From positions 1-58,448 of the IMG/VR virus record IMGVR_UViG_3300029716_000017: 58,448 bases of DNA, one strand, 5' to 3'. Under the pieces are notes generated by a model that worked only from the letters and a program-made list of their open reading frames with translations, ran no database searches and was not told the DNA's origin. The position numbers and the translations under genes were made by a program. This document shows positions 44,982 to 53,025 of the stretch, piece by piece. Every line of letters starts with the position of its first letter. Position 1 is the first letter of the stretch. This DNA comes from a virus.

Positions 44982-45054
44982 TGAACGATATGGGACTCGA
45001 ACCCATGGCCCATAGATTAAAAGTCTATTGCTCTCCCAACTGAGCTAATCATTC
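44982..45054 (-). tRNA. tRNA-Lys (anticodon TTT)
   Basis: Hand-folded: GAATGAT TA GCTC AGTTGGG AGAGC A ATAGA CTTTTAA TCTAT GGGCC ATGGG TTCGAGT CCCAT ATCGTTC A. Confidence 0.9.
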
Positions 45055-45149
45055 ACATTCGCCTTGTATGGTCTCAAGGCTCCCATGGTTAGTCATGGTG
45101 GACTGTATAGGTGGAAAGGCTACTTGCGACAACTGCCTATACTCAGTAG

Positions 45150-45221
45150 CGGGGCTAGTGGGATTTGAACCCACGGATGCAGGAGTCAAAGTCCTGTGCC
45201 TTACCACTTGGCGATAACCCT
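45150..45221 (-). tRNA. tRNA-Gln (anticodon TTG)
   Basis: Hand-folded: AGGGTTA TC GCC AAGTGGTAA GGC A CAGGA CTTTGAC TCCTG CATCC GTGGG TTCAAAT CCCAC TAGCCCC G. There is a 1-72 A/C mismatch. Confidence 0.85.
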
Positions 45222-45546
45222 ATTTGTATTTCTCCATTTCATTAACACTCATACCGACTATTCCGGCTGATTCATCACTGTCAGTATGCTTAAAGTATTC
45301 TCCTCTTTGCGGCCACATATATCTGAATATAGCATAATTGGCAACATCAAGAAGATATTCCGTATTTCCTGTCTCCTTAAACTTTGCAAGGCATTTTTCA
45401 AGGCTGCCTATTGCGTCAACATTGCCTGTGGCAAAATTTCTTCCGGCTCTGCCATACTTATAATGACTTTGAACCACTAAAGCCTTGCGTTTTTCATCAA
45501 ATTGTAAACTATAGTCAGTTTTCAGAATATCATCAGTCACACTCAT
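45220..45546 (-). CDS. Hypothetical protein (next to MazG)
   Basis: The start is trimmed to MSVTDDIL, preceded by GAGGG. 108 aa. Confidence 0.45.
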   Translation of the reverse strand: MSVTDDILKTDYSLQFDEKRKALVVQSHYKYGRAGRNFATGNVDAIGSLEKCLAKFKETGNTEYLLDVANYAIFRYMWPQRGEYFKHTDSDESAGIVGMSVNEMEKYK

Positions 45547-45685
45547 TATTTCTGCCCTCATAATCCAAACATACATGTCTAGGTTCAACGTAATCTGAAT
45601 AATATTCGCTATTCTGATTGTTACAAACCTTATCACCATCTTCTGTTATGCAGTATTCACAATTGCTGCATTTATCTTTCGCCAT
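45533..45685 (-). CDS. Small Cys-rich protein (50 aa, below the track cutoff)
   Basis: Hand translation gives MAKDKCSNCEYCITEDGDKVCNNQNSEYYSDYVEPRHVCLDYEGRNNECD. Preceded by GGGAGGT. Confidence 0.4.
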   Translation of the reverse strand: MAKDKCSNCEYCITEDGDKVCNNQNSEYYSDYVEPRHVCLDYEGRNNECD

Positions 45686-45704
45686 AGTGATTACCTCCCA
45701 ATGT

Positions 45705-45836
45705 TTAGTTATCCTTACTGAGATTTATTCCAAACGCCACGGCCTTAATTAAAGCAATTATGCCCAACAATATGTATATCCAAACAGGGGCATTAAGTTT
45801 TATGGCAATCCAAAGCAAAATGATAAGTTCAATCAT
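45705..45836 (-). CDS. Small membrane protein (43 aa, below the track cutoff)
   Basis: Hand translation gives MIELIILLWIAIKLNAPVWIYILLGIIALIKAVAFGINLSKDN. ATGA overlap with the MazG stop. Confidence 0.4.
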   Translation of the reverse strand: MIELIILLWIAIKLNAPVWIYILLGIIALIKAVAFGINLSKDN

Positions 45837-46207
45837 ATGTCGCCCTCCTGTTTGTGGTTGGCTCTCCACGTATCAAATCCATCTGGATATCTGTTTTCAA
45901 GTTTTTCTTTGTTCGTCTGCATAACATCATCAAGGGTAAATCCGCTTGCATCACAGATCATGGCAACATACCACATTACATCGCCACATTCTTTCTTCAA
46001 GTGATTTATGTCTATGCCTTTTTCGTGAAATATGCCCTTTTTAACAAGATCAGCAACTTCTCCTGACTCGCCTGTAAGGCCTATAACGCCATTAAGCAGT
46101 TCAGCAACGTCCATTCCATTTGTTGTTGAAACAGCATTAAGAAGTCTATCTCTATTTCTGCCATCATTTGTACGCATGGCAGCCATTTGATATTCAATTC
46201 CGTTCAT
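45833..46207 (-). CDS. MazG-like nucleoside triphosphate pyrophosphohydrolase
   Basis: GLTGESGEVADLVKKGIFH...ECGDVMWYVAMI...NKEKLENRYPDGF. Confidence 0.8.
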   Translation of the reverse strand: MNGIEYQMAAMRTNDGRNRDRLLNAVSTTNGMDVAELLNGVIGLTGESGEVADLVKKGIFHEKGIDINHLKKECGDVMWYVAMICDASGFTLDDVMQTNKEKLENRYPDGFDTWRANHKQEGDI

Positions 46208-46322
46208 TTTATTCCTTTTAGGTTAGGGATTTTATAGTTTTGTCTGATGTGATTAAAGAATATCTATCTGACCGATAGATAACTGTTATGTATGCATTAT
46301 ATACACATTATTTAAATTTTGT

Positions 46323-46559
46323 CTATATTTTTTTCTGAATTGCGATTATATCTTCTATTGGGACTTTAAACAGTGCTGATAAAATTATCAGATTGTCAAC
46401 TGTAGGTATTGATCTTCCTTTTTGCCACTTGTATATCGCATTTGGATTTGTAAATCTAAGTATGTTTTGTAAATCCTTAACACTTAGTCCTTGTTGTTTT
46501 CGATAATGTACTATGTTTTGACCTGTTTTACACATGTCTATAACAGGTATATCAATCAT
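46323..46559 (-). CDS. XRE-family HTH regulator
   Basis: IVHYRKQQGLSVKDLQNILRFTNPNAIYKWQKG. Preceded by GGTGAG. Confidence 0.65.
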   Translation of the reverse strand: MIDIPVIDMCKTGQNIVHYRKQQGLSVKDLQNILRFTNPNAIYKWQKGRSIPTVDNLIILSALFKVPIEDIIAIQKKI

Positions 46560-46845
46560 GTATTCTCACCAACCCTATGTTTATTTGTTTTGTCGTTATG
46601 TGTAGGTTTATACTTGATATATTTATATGTGGCTGATAAGGCCTTTTTTATTTTAAAAATATTTGGGGGGCTTAGTAGGGGCTCTCCTGGGGTCCTGTCA
46701 GACCCCCACCCCCTCCAATGATCTTTTTTAGCACTCGTTTTGTCTAAATGCTAATATTGTTTTAATTGTTCGCGCAATTTGCTATTATGTCGCTTATGCC
46801 TTTGTATCTATTCGCAAAACCCACGTTTCACGCACAGTTATGTAT

Positions 46846-47568
46846 TTATTCCGTGTTGTTACCGTCAAAAAGTGCCTTATTTCCTACGTTTTCAGCCTGT
46901 CCTAAATTGTTTGAATTGTTCGTACAATTTGACATGGTGCAGTCAACCTCTATAGCCTCCGCCTGTGCTGAATTGTCTGGAAGTTTGGCACAATTTGACT
47001 CTAACAATTTGCGCACATCTGAGGCAGTTAGTGCGATTGTGGCACCTCCGGCAGTAGCTCCGTCGGCATCGTTCCAGCCGTATTCCCTGTTTTGTATTGC
47101 AATTAAGCCAACCGCCTGTTTTGTGTCAATTAGCCGATTTGTCAGACAATTTTCACGAAAACCGCGAAGTTTTTTGTAAATTCTTGTCCGCGGGTGGCTT
47201 GGCTTATCCTTTCCCCACTCCGTTATTGTGTCGTTGTCAATACCTGTCAAGTGGCAATAGTCTATTATTGATGGCACTTTATTATATAAACCACAAATAT
47301 ATATATAATACTCGCATATATCTAAACATTTATTATAATCATACATATTTGAATATATAGCACCCTTAGACATATATATATTATTATTATTCAATAATCT
47401 ATCTGTACCTTTGAACATACGTCTATATATATACATCATAGCACCAGACCACAAATTCTGTGGACAGTTTGTGAGATCATCAATAGGCGGCTTGTGAATG
47501 TCGCAAAACTCTTGTAAATACATATCTATCTCATTGTCAAATATTTCTACCTCCTGGCTATTCTCCAT
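46846..47568 (-). CDS. Candidate terminase small subunit
   Basis: IDYCHLTGIDNDTITEWGKD and AVGLIAIQNREYGWND resemble TerS patterns. Strong RBS AGGAGG, and the gene follows two terminators. Confidence 0.45.
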   Translation of the reverse strand: MENSQEVEIFDNEIDMYLQEFCDIHKPPIDDLTNCPQNLWSGAMMYIYRRMFKGTDRLLNNNNIYMSKGAIYSNMYDYNKCLDICEYYIYICGLYNKVPSIIDYCHLTGIDNDTITEWGKDKPSHPRTRIYKKLRGFRENCLTNRLIDTKQAVGLIAIQNREYGWNDADGATAGGATIALTASDVRKLLESNCAKLPDNSAQAEAIEVDCTMSNCTNNSNNLGQAENVGNKALFDGNNTE

Positions 47569-47616
47569 GTCTCCGCCTCCTCTCTAGCTATATATTATTA
47601 TATATACATATACAAC

Positions 47617-47654
47617 AAAACCGCATAGAATACAGTTAAATATACTCTATGCGG
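47617..47654 (-). terminator. Rho-independent terminator (second of a tandem pair) upstream of the candidate terS
   Basis: On the minus strand: CCGCATAGA...TCTATGCGG (9 bp) followed by TTTT. Confidence 0.6.
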
Positions 47655-47682
47655 AATACCTCTTTAGTGTTTAGATATGAAT

Positions 47683-47721
47683 AAAAAACATCAATAAAAC
47701 ATATACCATTGTTTTATTGAT
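47683..47721 (-). terminator. Rho-independent terminator (first of a tandem pair)
   Basis: On the minus strand: 12-bp stem ATCAATAAAACA/TGTTTTATTGAT followed by GTTTTTT. Confidence 0.65.
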
Positions 47722-47737
47722 TTGTCAATGCTGATTT

Positions 47738-48076
47738 TTATGGCCAGTTTGCGACCTGATCCCACATTCTGTTATATTCCTTTATCGCCTCTCGCTCTGA
47801 CAGATCAAACAATGTTGGATAGTTCCAGCTCCTGTCATTCTGTCGCCCGGCTTTGTGCTGCTCAAGCTGATCTATGCAGACGCTAACACATATATGCGCA
47901 CAAGGTCCAAAATCCAACATGCAGCGCACCCGACCGTTTCCCTCTTCAAAAATCGCGAATATGTCACACATAGACGCCGGGGGCAGTCCTTTTTTCTGTG
48001 CTGCTCTGTTATACTCCTTTATCATTGCTTGACGGCTATTTATATTTAACTTATAACAATAACCACGTTTCAACAC
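47738..48076 (-). CDS. Hypothetical protein
   Basis: 112-aa ORF. Confidence 0.4.
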   Translation of the reverse strand: MLKRGYCYKLNINSRQAMIKEYNRAAQKKGLPPASMCDIFAIFEEGNGRVRCMLDFGPCAHICVSVCIDQLEQHKAGRQNDRSWNYPTLFDLSEREAIKEYNRMWDQVANWP

Positions 48077-48165
48077 TTTTTACACCTCCAGAATTGATAT
48101 AATAAGCATAAAAAAACACGGCTATTATATCAATAATAACCGTGTGACAAAGTTCGACAAAGTTT

Positions 48166-48414
48166 TTACTTGTTGTAAAAATCATTAGCGGCATTAGCCA
48201 TAATTCTAGCCGTGTTGTATTTTCCATCTGCTCCAGATGCCCAATCAAAATAAGCGTCCGTGACCTCGCAATAATCGCCCGGGTTATTATATATTCCTGC
48301 CGGCATAGCCGCGCCGCTTGTATGTATTACAAGATCACCATTTTCTTTTATCCAAACTTTGTTTACATTATTCTTTTTTTCTAACTGCTCATTTACCTTT
48401 TTAATTGTTACCAT
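48166..48414 (-). CDS. Hypothetical protein
   Basis: 82-aa ORF. Confidence 0.4.
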   Translation of the reverse strand: MVTIKKVNEQLEKKNNVNKVWIKENGDLVIHTSGAAMPAGIYNNPGDYCEVTDAYFDWASGADGKYNTARIMANAANDFYNK

Positions 48415-48495
48415 TGTTTATTCTCCTTTGCTTATAAAATATACTCTATCACGTATCTGTCACCCTCAAAAGTGACTAGATCCATATCCCAGTTT

Positions 48496-48723
48496 TTAGA
48501 CTTCGACGTATTCATTGAAGTCTTCAACGCTGGCAAACGTGTTGCCAACCTCCAGACCATCTAGGCAGTCTGTGCCGCTACAACCGCGGCGGCAACGGCA
48601 AGTTCTGCCGTGTGCCTCTTCACCGTTGTCAAAAACAACGGTGTAACGAGGATAATTGCCATTATTACAGCCTTCGTTTTCGAGTTCTTCAATTATTATT
48701 TTTTTAATTTCCATCTTCCTCAC
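48496..48723 (-). CDS. Hypothetical Cys-rich protein
   Basis: 75-aa ORF (GRTCRCRRGCSGTDC). Confidence 0.4.
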   Translation of the reverse strand: MRKMEIKKIIIEELENEGCNNGNYPRYTVVFDNGEEAHGRTCRCRRGCSGTDCLDGLEVGNTFASVEDFNEYVEV

Positions 48724-48764
48724 CTTTCCGCCCCTTGGGCGTCCTTTCCTTATCTGATGTATAC

Positions 48765-48793
48765 ATCATATCATTTTGTGCCTTATGTGTCAA
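48765..48793 (-). promoter_or_regulatory. Sigma-70-type promoter with an 11-mer repeat in the spacer
   Basis: On the minus strand: TTGACA, the 17-nt spacer CATAAGGCACAAAATGA, then TATGAT. Confidence 0.6.
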
Positions 48794-48808
48794 CGTTTAT
48801 TTTGTGCC

Positions 48809-48997
48809 TTATTTTAATATTTTTTCTTCGCGCTCTAATTTTTCGGCAACCGCTAACTTTATAAAGTTATTTGACGTATACCCGAGTTTTTCAATTCTGC
48901 TCTTTGTCCCCGCGGTGAGGCGGCAGTTAATGCGTTCAAATTTATCATCATATTTATATATTGCTTTGCGCTGTGCTTCTGTAGTTTTCTGCTTCAT
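48809..48997 (-). CDS. Small RHH-like (CopG/Arc-type) DNA-binding protein candidate
   Basis: The 62-aa protein MKQKTTEAQRKAIYKYDDKFERINCRLTAGTKSRIEKLGYTSNNFIKLAVAEKL has a beta-alpha-alpha-like layout. It is flanked by the 11-mer repeats. Confidence 0.4.
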   Translation of the reverse strand: MKQKTTEAQRKAIYKYDDKFERINCRLTAGTKSRIEKLGYTSNNFIKLAVAEKLEREEKILK

Positions 48998-49029
48998 TTA
49001 CTCCATCTCCTTTACATATTGATATATCT

Positions 49030-49058
49030 AATATATATCATTGTGCCTTATATGTCAA
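49030..49058 (-). promoter_or_regulatory. Sigma-70-type promoter of the RHH-like gene with an 11-mer repeat in the spacer
   Basis: On the minus strand: TTGACA, the 17-nt spacer TATAAGGCACAATGATA, then TATATT. Confidence 0.6.
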
Positions 49059-49323
49059 CATTGATCTTTTATATCTGATCTGTTGTAGCTTTGTATTTTG
49101 ATTATTTTGTGCCTTATACACATTATACAATTTATAAGCTGTTTTGTGCCTTATATTTGTGTATTATTCCATCTTGTTTTGTGCCTTATATCGTAGTATC
49201 ATTTAACCATAGCAAAGAGATAGCGCCTTGACAATTCCACACGGCAGACATTGACGACTTGCAAGAGCTTGCCGCCGGTGTCTGGTGGATAGCAAGGCAG
49301 GAAATACAAAGGAGATAAAAAAG

Positions 49324-49437
49324 ATGAGAAACTACACAATTAAGGACAAGACAACAAGGAACTATATAGGAACTGTAAGAATGACGCCAGATCAGGCAAA
49401 GAAAGCCCAGGCAGATTTTATTGTTAAGGAGGTATAA
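49324..49437 (+). CDS. Small hypothetical protein (37 aa, below the track cutoff)
   Basis: MRNYTIKDKTTRNYIGTVRMTPDQAKKAQADFIVKEV, preceded by AAGGAG. Its first 15 nt are identical to the start of 51289..51633. Confidence 0.35.
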   Translation: MRNYTIKDKTTRNYIGTVRMTPDQAKKAQADFIVKEV

Positions 49438-49441
49438 AAAC

Positions 49442-49741
49442 ATGAGATATTATCACAACGTTCCAACAGGATGTGCCCCAAAATGGGAGCAGATCAGCAA
49501 GACAACATATAACATTTTGTTAGACTGCTACAAAGCAGCCGAGGCAACACCGGAGCAGATCGCACAAAGAATAAAAAAAGAATGTGATCCCGGCGATCCG
49601 ATTATATATGGCCCCGGCGATCCAAAAAACGCCGTGACATGTGAATTTTACATGTCATTTGAAAAAGGCAGGGAATGTCTCATATATGCTAAGTGCGCCG
49701 GTGGTTCAATTCTTGCACCGGCGGACATGTTCAAATTTTAG
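49442..49741 (+). CDS. Hypothetical protein
   Basis: The ATG follows AAGGAGG (MRYYHNVPTG...). Confidence 0.5.
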   Translation: MRYYHNVPTGCAPKWEQISKTTYNILLDCYKAAEATPEQIAQRIKKECDPGDPIIYGPGDPKNAVTCEFYMSFEKGRECLIYAKCAGGSILAPADMFKF

Positions 49742-49802
49742 CCGAAACGCTCCAACTTTCGGAGCGTCAGCCGGGGACGGTCTCCCGGCTCTGACGTATA
49801 AT

Positions 49803-49828
49803 AAAAACCGGATTTATTCCGGTTTTTT
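49803..49828. terminator. Bidirectional terminator between convergent genes
   Basis: AAAAACCGGA TTTAT TCCGGTTTTTT. Confidence 0.7.
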
Positions 49829-50524
49829 CTTTGTGTTTCTCTTATTATTTGCTTGCGTCTTCATATCAACCCACCTGCAATTAGAAGGTTCGTAATTTCC
49901 ATTTACGTCTATGCGGTCAATCGTGCATTCTCCACGCTCTGCATTTTCATCATAACCGTTATTATATGCCCACTTGTAAAAATTTTCTATTTTGTGCCAC
50001 TCTTGGCAAACTTTAATTCCCCTACCACCATAATCTTTAAATGCTTTAGAATTTTGATTTTCGCATCTTTGAAGCATTCCATTCCATACATGATATATAC
50101 GTTCGTTACATAAGCCATGAACTATGTTATTTTTGTGTAAATCATCAAGAAAAGTTTTTACGTGGCATCCACAAGAAACAACACGACCGCTTTTTAAATC
50201 CCCTGCTGTCATTGTTTTAATATTTCCACAATCACATTTACACTCATACAACGCTTTTCCGTTCTTATTGCTTCCAACTCTTTTTATCACGGTAAGCATA
50301 TTTATTTTCTTACCCGTCAAATCATTTTTGATTTTAGCAGTACAACCGCAACTTTTAGTTTCTCCGTTCTTTAATCTATCACCCCTTATTTCTTTTATTC
50401 TTCCACAATCGCATTTACAGACCCATTTTATAGCACCGTTCGATGCTCTCGAACCAGCACGCAAGACAACCAGCTTTTCAAACTTCTTACCGGTCAAATC
50501 CGTTGAATTATATAACTCTCCCAT
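49814..50524 (-). CDS. DNA-binding protein with duplicated Cys-repeat modules and a C-terminal AP2-like domain
   Basis: Two copies of LTGKK...W.CKCDCG....G..L..G...SCGC. C-terminal YGGRGIKVCQEW...IDRIDVNGNYEPSNCRW. The start MGELYN is preceded by AAAGGTGG. Confidence 0.55.
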   Translation of the reverse strand: MGELYNSTDLTGKKFEKLVVLRAGSRASNGAIKWVCKCDCGRIKEIRGDRLKNGETKSCGCTAKIKNDLTGKKINMLTVIKRVGSNKNGKALYECKCDCGNIKTMTAGDLKSGRVVSCGCHVKTFLDDLHKNNIVHGLCNERIYHVWNGMLQRCENQNSKAFKDYGGRGIKVCQEWHKIENFYKWAYNNGYDENAERGECTIDRIDVNGNYEPSNCRWVDMKTQANNKRNTKKKPE

Positions 50525-50599
50525 AATATAGCCACCTTTCAATATCAATTATGACTATATTATAAACCGTAAATGGTTTTATTTCAAGATATAGCTAAA

Positions 50600-50818
50600 T
50601 CATTTTTGGTTTATTTTATCATCTACATATTTTATAATATTCCCAGGTTGCATATCAAGCAATTTACACAACTGTTCTAATGTTTTGATGCCAACCATTT
50701 CTCCATTTCTAAATTTTTGCATTGCTGATTGGCTTATTATTCGATTTTTTAATATGTTTGTGCTATTATACCCAGCTTCTTTTAGTGTCTCAATCACATC
50801 TATTTTATATTTAAGCAT
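50600..50818 (-). CDS. XRE/Cro-type HTH protein
   Basis: IISQSAMQKFRNGEMVGIKTLEQLCKLLDMQPGNII. Confidence 0.6.
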   Translation of the reverse strand: MLKYKIDVIETLKEAGYNSTNILKNRIISQSAMQKFRNGEMVGIKTLEQLCKLLDMQPGNIIKYVDDKINQK

Positions 50819-50989
50819 AGTTAAAACCTCCTTATGGTAATTATATAAATTTGTATATTCTAAGTCAATAAAATAATCTAAAAAAAGTTTAATTCATATA
50901 TTGACATTAAACCATATTTGGTTTAATATAATGACATAGAAAACAAATAAATTATAGGTTCTGATAATGGCAGACCAGAAAGGGAAAAT

Positions 50990-51205
50990 ATGAAAAATTT
51001 AAGCGAATGCAAAGAATACTATAAAGATTTATACATGAATTGTTTAGAAAATGATTCGTTTGAAAAAAGCATTTTTGAAAGCACTGAAAAAGCCCGGTAT
51101 GAAACTTTTTGCGAAACATTAAAATTCATCTATGGCGAAGATTTTAAAAACATTATGCCGAACTGGTCAAGTGATGCATCGAAAGAATTTTATTCAAGAA
51201 AATAG
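50990..51205 (+). CDS. Hypothetical protein
   Basis: 71-aa ORF followed by a GC hairpin. Confidence 0.45.
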   Translation: MKNLSECKEYYKDLYMNCLENDSFEKSIFESTEKARYETFCETLKFIYGEDFKNIMPNWSSDASKEFYSRK

Positions 51206-51288
51206 TCGAAACCGCCGCCCCGGCGGTCTGCAGGAACTGCCCCACCTGCACCGATGAGACAGGGCGCAATAAAACAGGAGGTAACAAC

Positions 51289-51633
51289 ATGAGAAACTAC
51301 ACAGAGGAAATAAGAGCGCAGCACGACGGCAAAATTTACAGAGAGGTAATAACTTTTACTGATCTGGATAAGAACGGCAACAAGATAATTGTTGAGCTGT
51401 CAAGAGGATACAGAGGAAAGGCGGGATATATCGCCGTTGATGTTACAAGGCTGGACGGCGAAGGTGTTTACACTGGTGCGATGGATCTTAACCCGCAGGT
51501 GGAGAGACAGGAAAGGAGCATAAACGGCGTTAAATGTGTTAATTATGTTATTGTTCCGGGTTGGCTTCTTGCTCCAACGGATGACAATAAAAATAAAATA
51601 TTAGACGAGATAGCCCGCCGGGCATTCTCATAA
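51289..51633 (+). CDS. Hypothetical protein
   Basis: 114-aa ORF preceded by AGGAGG. Confidence 0.5.
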   Translation: MRNYTEEIRAQHDGKIYREVITFTDLDKNGNKIIVELSRGYRGKAGYIAVDVTRLDGEGVYTGAMDLNPQVERQERSINGVKCVNYVIVPGWLLAPTDDNKNKILDEIARRAFS

Positions 51634-51729
51634 AATCGGCAAGAATTAAAGGAATTCCGGGCGGTTCGATTCCCCGGCTTGCCTTTGCCGGAATGACCGG
51701 GAAATTTAATTATAGAAAGGGTGGTTTTT

Positions 51730-51894
51730 ATGAATTACAAAAAGCACGTAAAACACATTTTGCGCCAGATAGAAAAGGCATTTGACAAGGCAGACAGCAT
51801 AAAAGAATATGAAGAATTATGTGAATGTATTTACTTGTCAGACTGTAAACTTGATTACAATACATTTTTGAAGCTTAAAAATCTTGTTTTTTAG
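51730..51894 (+). CDS. Small hypothetical protein (54 aa, below the track cutoff)
   Basis: MNYKKHVKHILRQIEKAFDKADSIKEYEELCECIYLSDCKLDYNTFLKLKNLVF, followed by a GC hairpin. Confidence 0.4.
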   Translation: MNYKKHVKHILRQIEKAFDKADSIKEYEELCECIYLSDCKLDYNTFLKLKNLVF

Positions 51895-51979
51895 CCGCCG
51901 TAGAGGATGTCAGCCGGACCGATATCGGCGGCGGTTTTTCCCGCAAGGGATAAAATTAAAATATGGAGGTATTGAGATT

Positions 51980-52249
51980 ATGACACTTTACGAAAAATTA
52001 GACACTTTAACCGCTGGGGAAATCCGCGGAAACCTGGAAAGATTTATATTTATTTATGGGAAAATGGCTGTTGAAACTTTAGGGCTTGAAAAAATAAAAG
52101 ATTTTTCTTTTTGGGATAATGGGCGAAGTGTAATTATATACACAGGCGCACAAACGGTTTTTGATTGTAATTATGATTTTTTCTATGGGTTGAAAAGACT
52201 CACAACTTGTTATAATAAAAGCGGTTTGTTTTTCAAATTTAATAATTAA
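51980..52249 (+). CDS. Hypothetical protein
   Basis: The start is trimmed to MTLYEKLDTL, preceded by TGGAGG. Confidence 0.45.
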   Translation: MTLYEKLDTLTAGEIRGNLERFIFIYGKMAVETLGLEKIKDFSFWDNGRSVIIYTGAQTVFDCNYDFFYGLKRLTTCYNKSGLFFKFNN

Positions 52250-52260
52250 TATTTTTGATT

Positions 52261-52285
52261 AAGGGCGTACGGGTTGCGCCCTTTT
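52261..52285 (+). terminator. Terminator after the plus-strand island
   Basis: AAGGGCG...CGCCCTT followed by TT. Confidence 0.55.
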
Positions 52286-53025
52286 GCCGTTCCTGGTGGG
52301 CTGTGGTTGGTTCAATTCCAGCCGGGCGGCTTTCTGATCTTTGATAATATAATATTGCTATGTCGGCGCCTGTGTGCTATGCTGTTCATGTATAGCCTTA
52401 TTAACTATATATTTATATCTAATTGTGTGAATTGTTTGTGCAATTCTATACAATTATATTATTTATGGCGGTTTATTAATTGCGCCTGTCTGCTGCCGTT
52501 TTTGGCGGTAGATCTCGCCCGGTTTATATTGCTGTTGTATGAGTAAAAATAACAACGTGTTTATTTGCGTTTTAAGGCTTTTTGAGTGTGCGAGCGTGTA
52601 AATCTATTAACAGCGACACGCAAAGCAGTAAGCAAAAAACTATCGCGGAGACAATGGCATATTATAAGCACTGTCGGTGGTGTTCTTTTGCCGTGTGGCT
52701 GGTCCCGGTTTGGGTTATGCCTTACTTTGCCACGTTGAAGTGTTTCAATTCTGTCCAAAAATCTGAGCAAAACTCGCATGAAATTGAGAAAAAGTTGAGA
52801 AAAAATTTTTTGACCGTCCGAAATTTTCAGAATTATTTGATAGGGGGGTATACATTAATCCGAATATTTTTTTATAAGAATTTTTGAAAAATTAATTTTT
52901 ATTTTTGATTTGATACAATAACAAGAGCTTTGGCAAGATAGTGCGATTGCCCTAACTCTTCTATCAGCTTTTGCCGGGTCATGTCCGGATTGGTTCGTCT
53001 TATATATTTTAATATCTTATCTATG

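Larger units (their letters stand above)
48776..49189 (+). repeat. Array of six same-orientation copies of TTGTGCCTTAT
   Basis: Exact copies at 48776, 48802, 49041, 49107, 49144 and 49179. Confidence 0.9.

Noticed and set aside
44821-45006. 61-aa ORF in the tRNA cluster.
   Set aside because: It overlaps tRNA-Lys on the same strand, has no RBS and has odd composition. It is spurious.
51663-51673. GGTTCGATTCC T-loop-like motif. A second one, GTTGGTTCAATTCCAGC followed by CGGGCGG, lies at 52306..52330. These suggest tRNA genes or tRNA-derived att sites.
   Set aside because: I found no matching 5-prime acceptor strand, D arm or anticodon arm. At most these are 3-prime tRNA-like fragments. The integrase here is a serine recombinase, so a tRNA-type attP is not expected.
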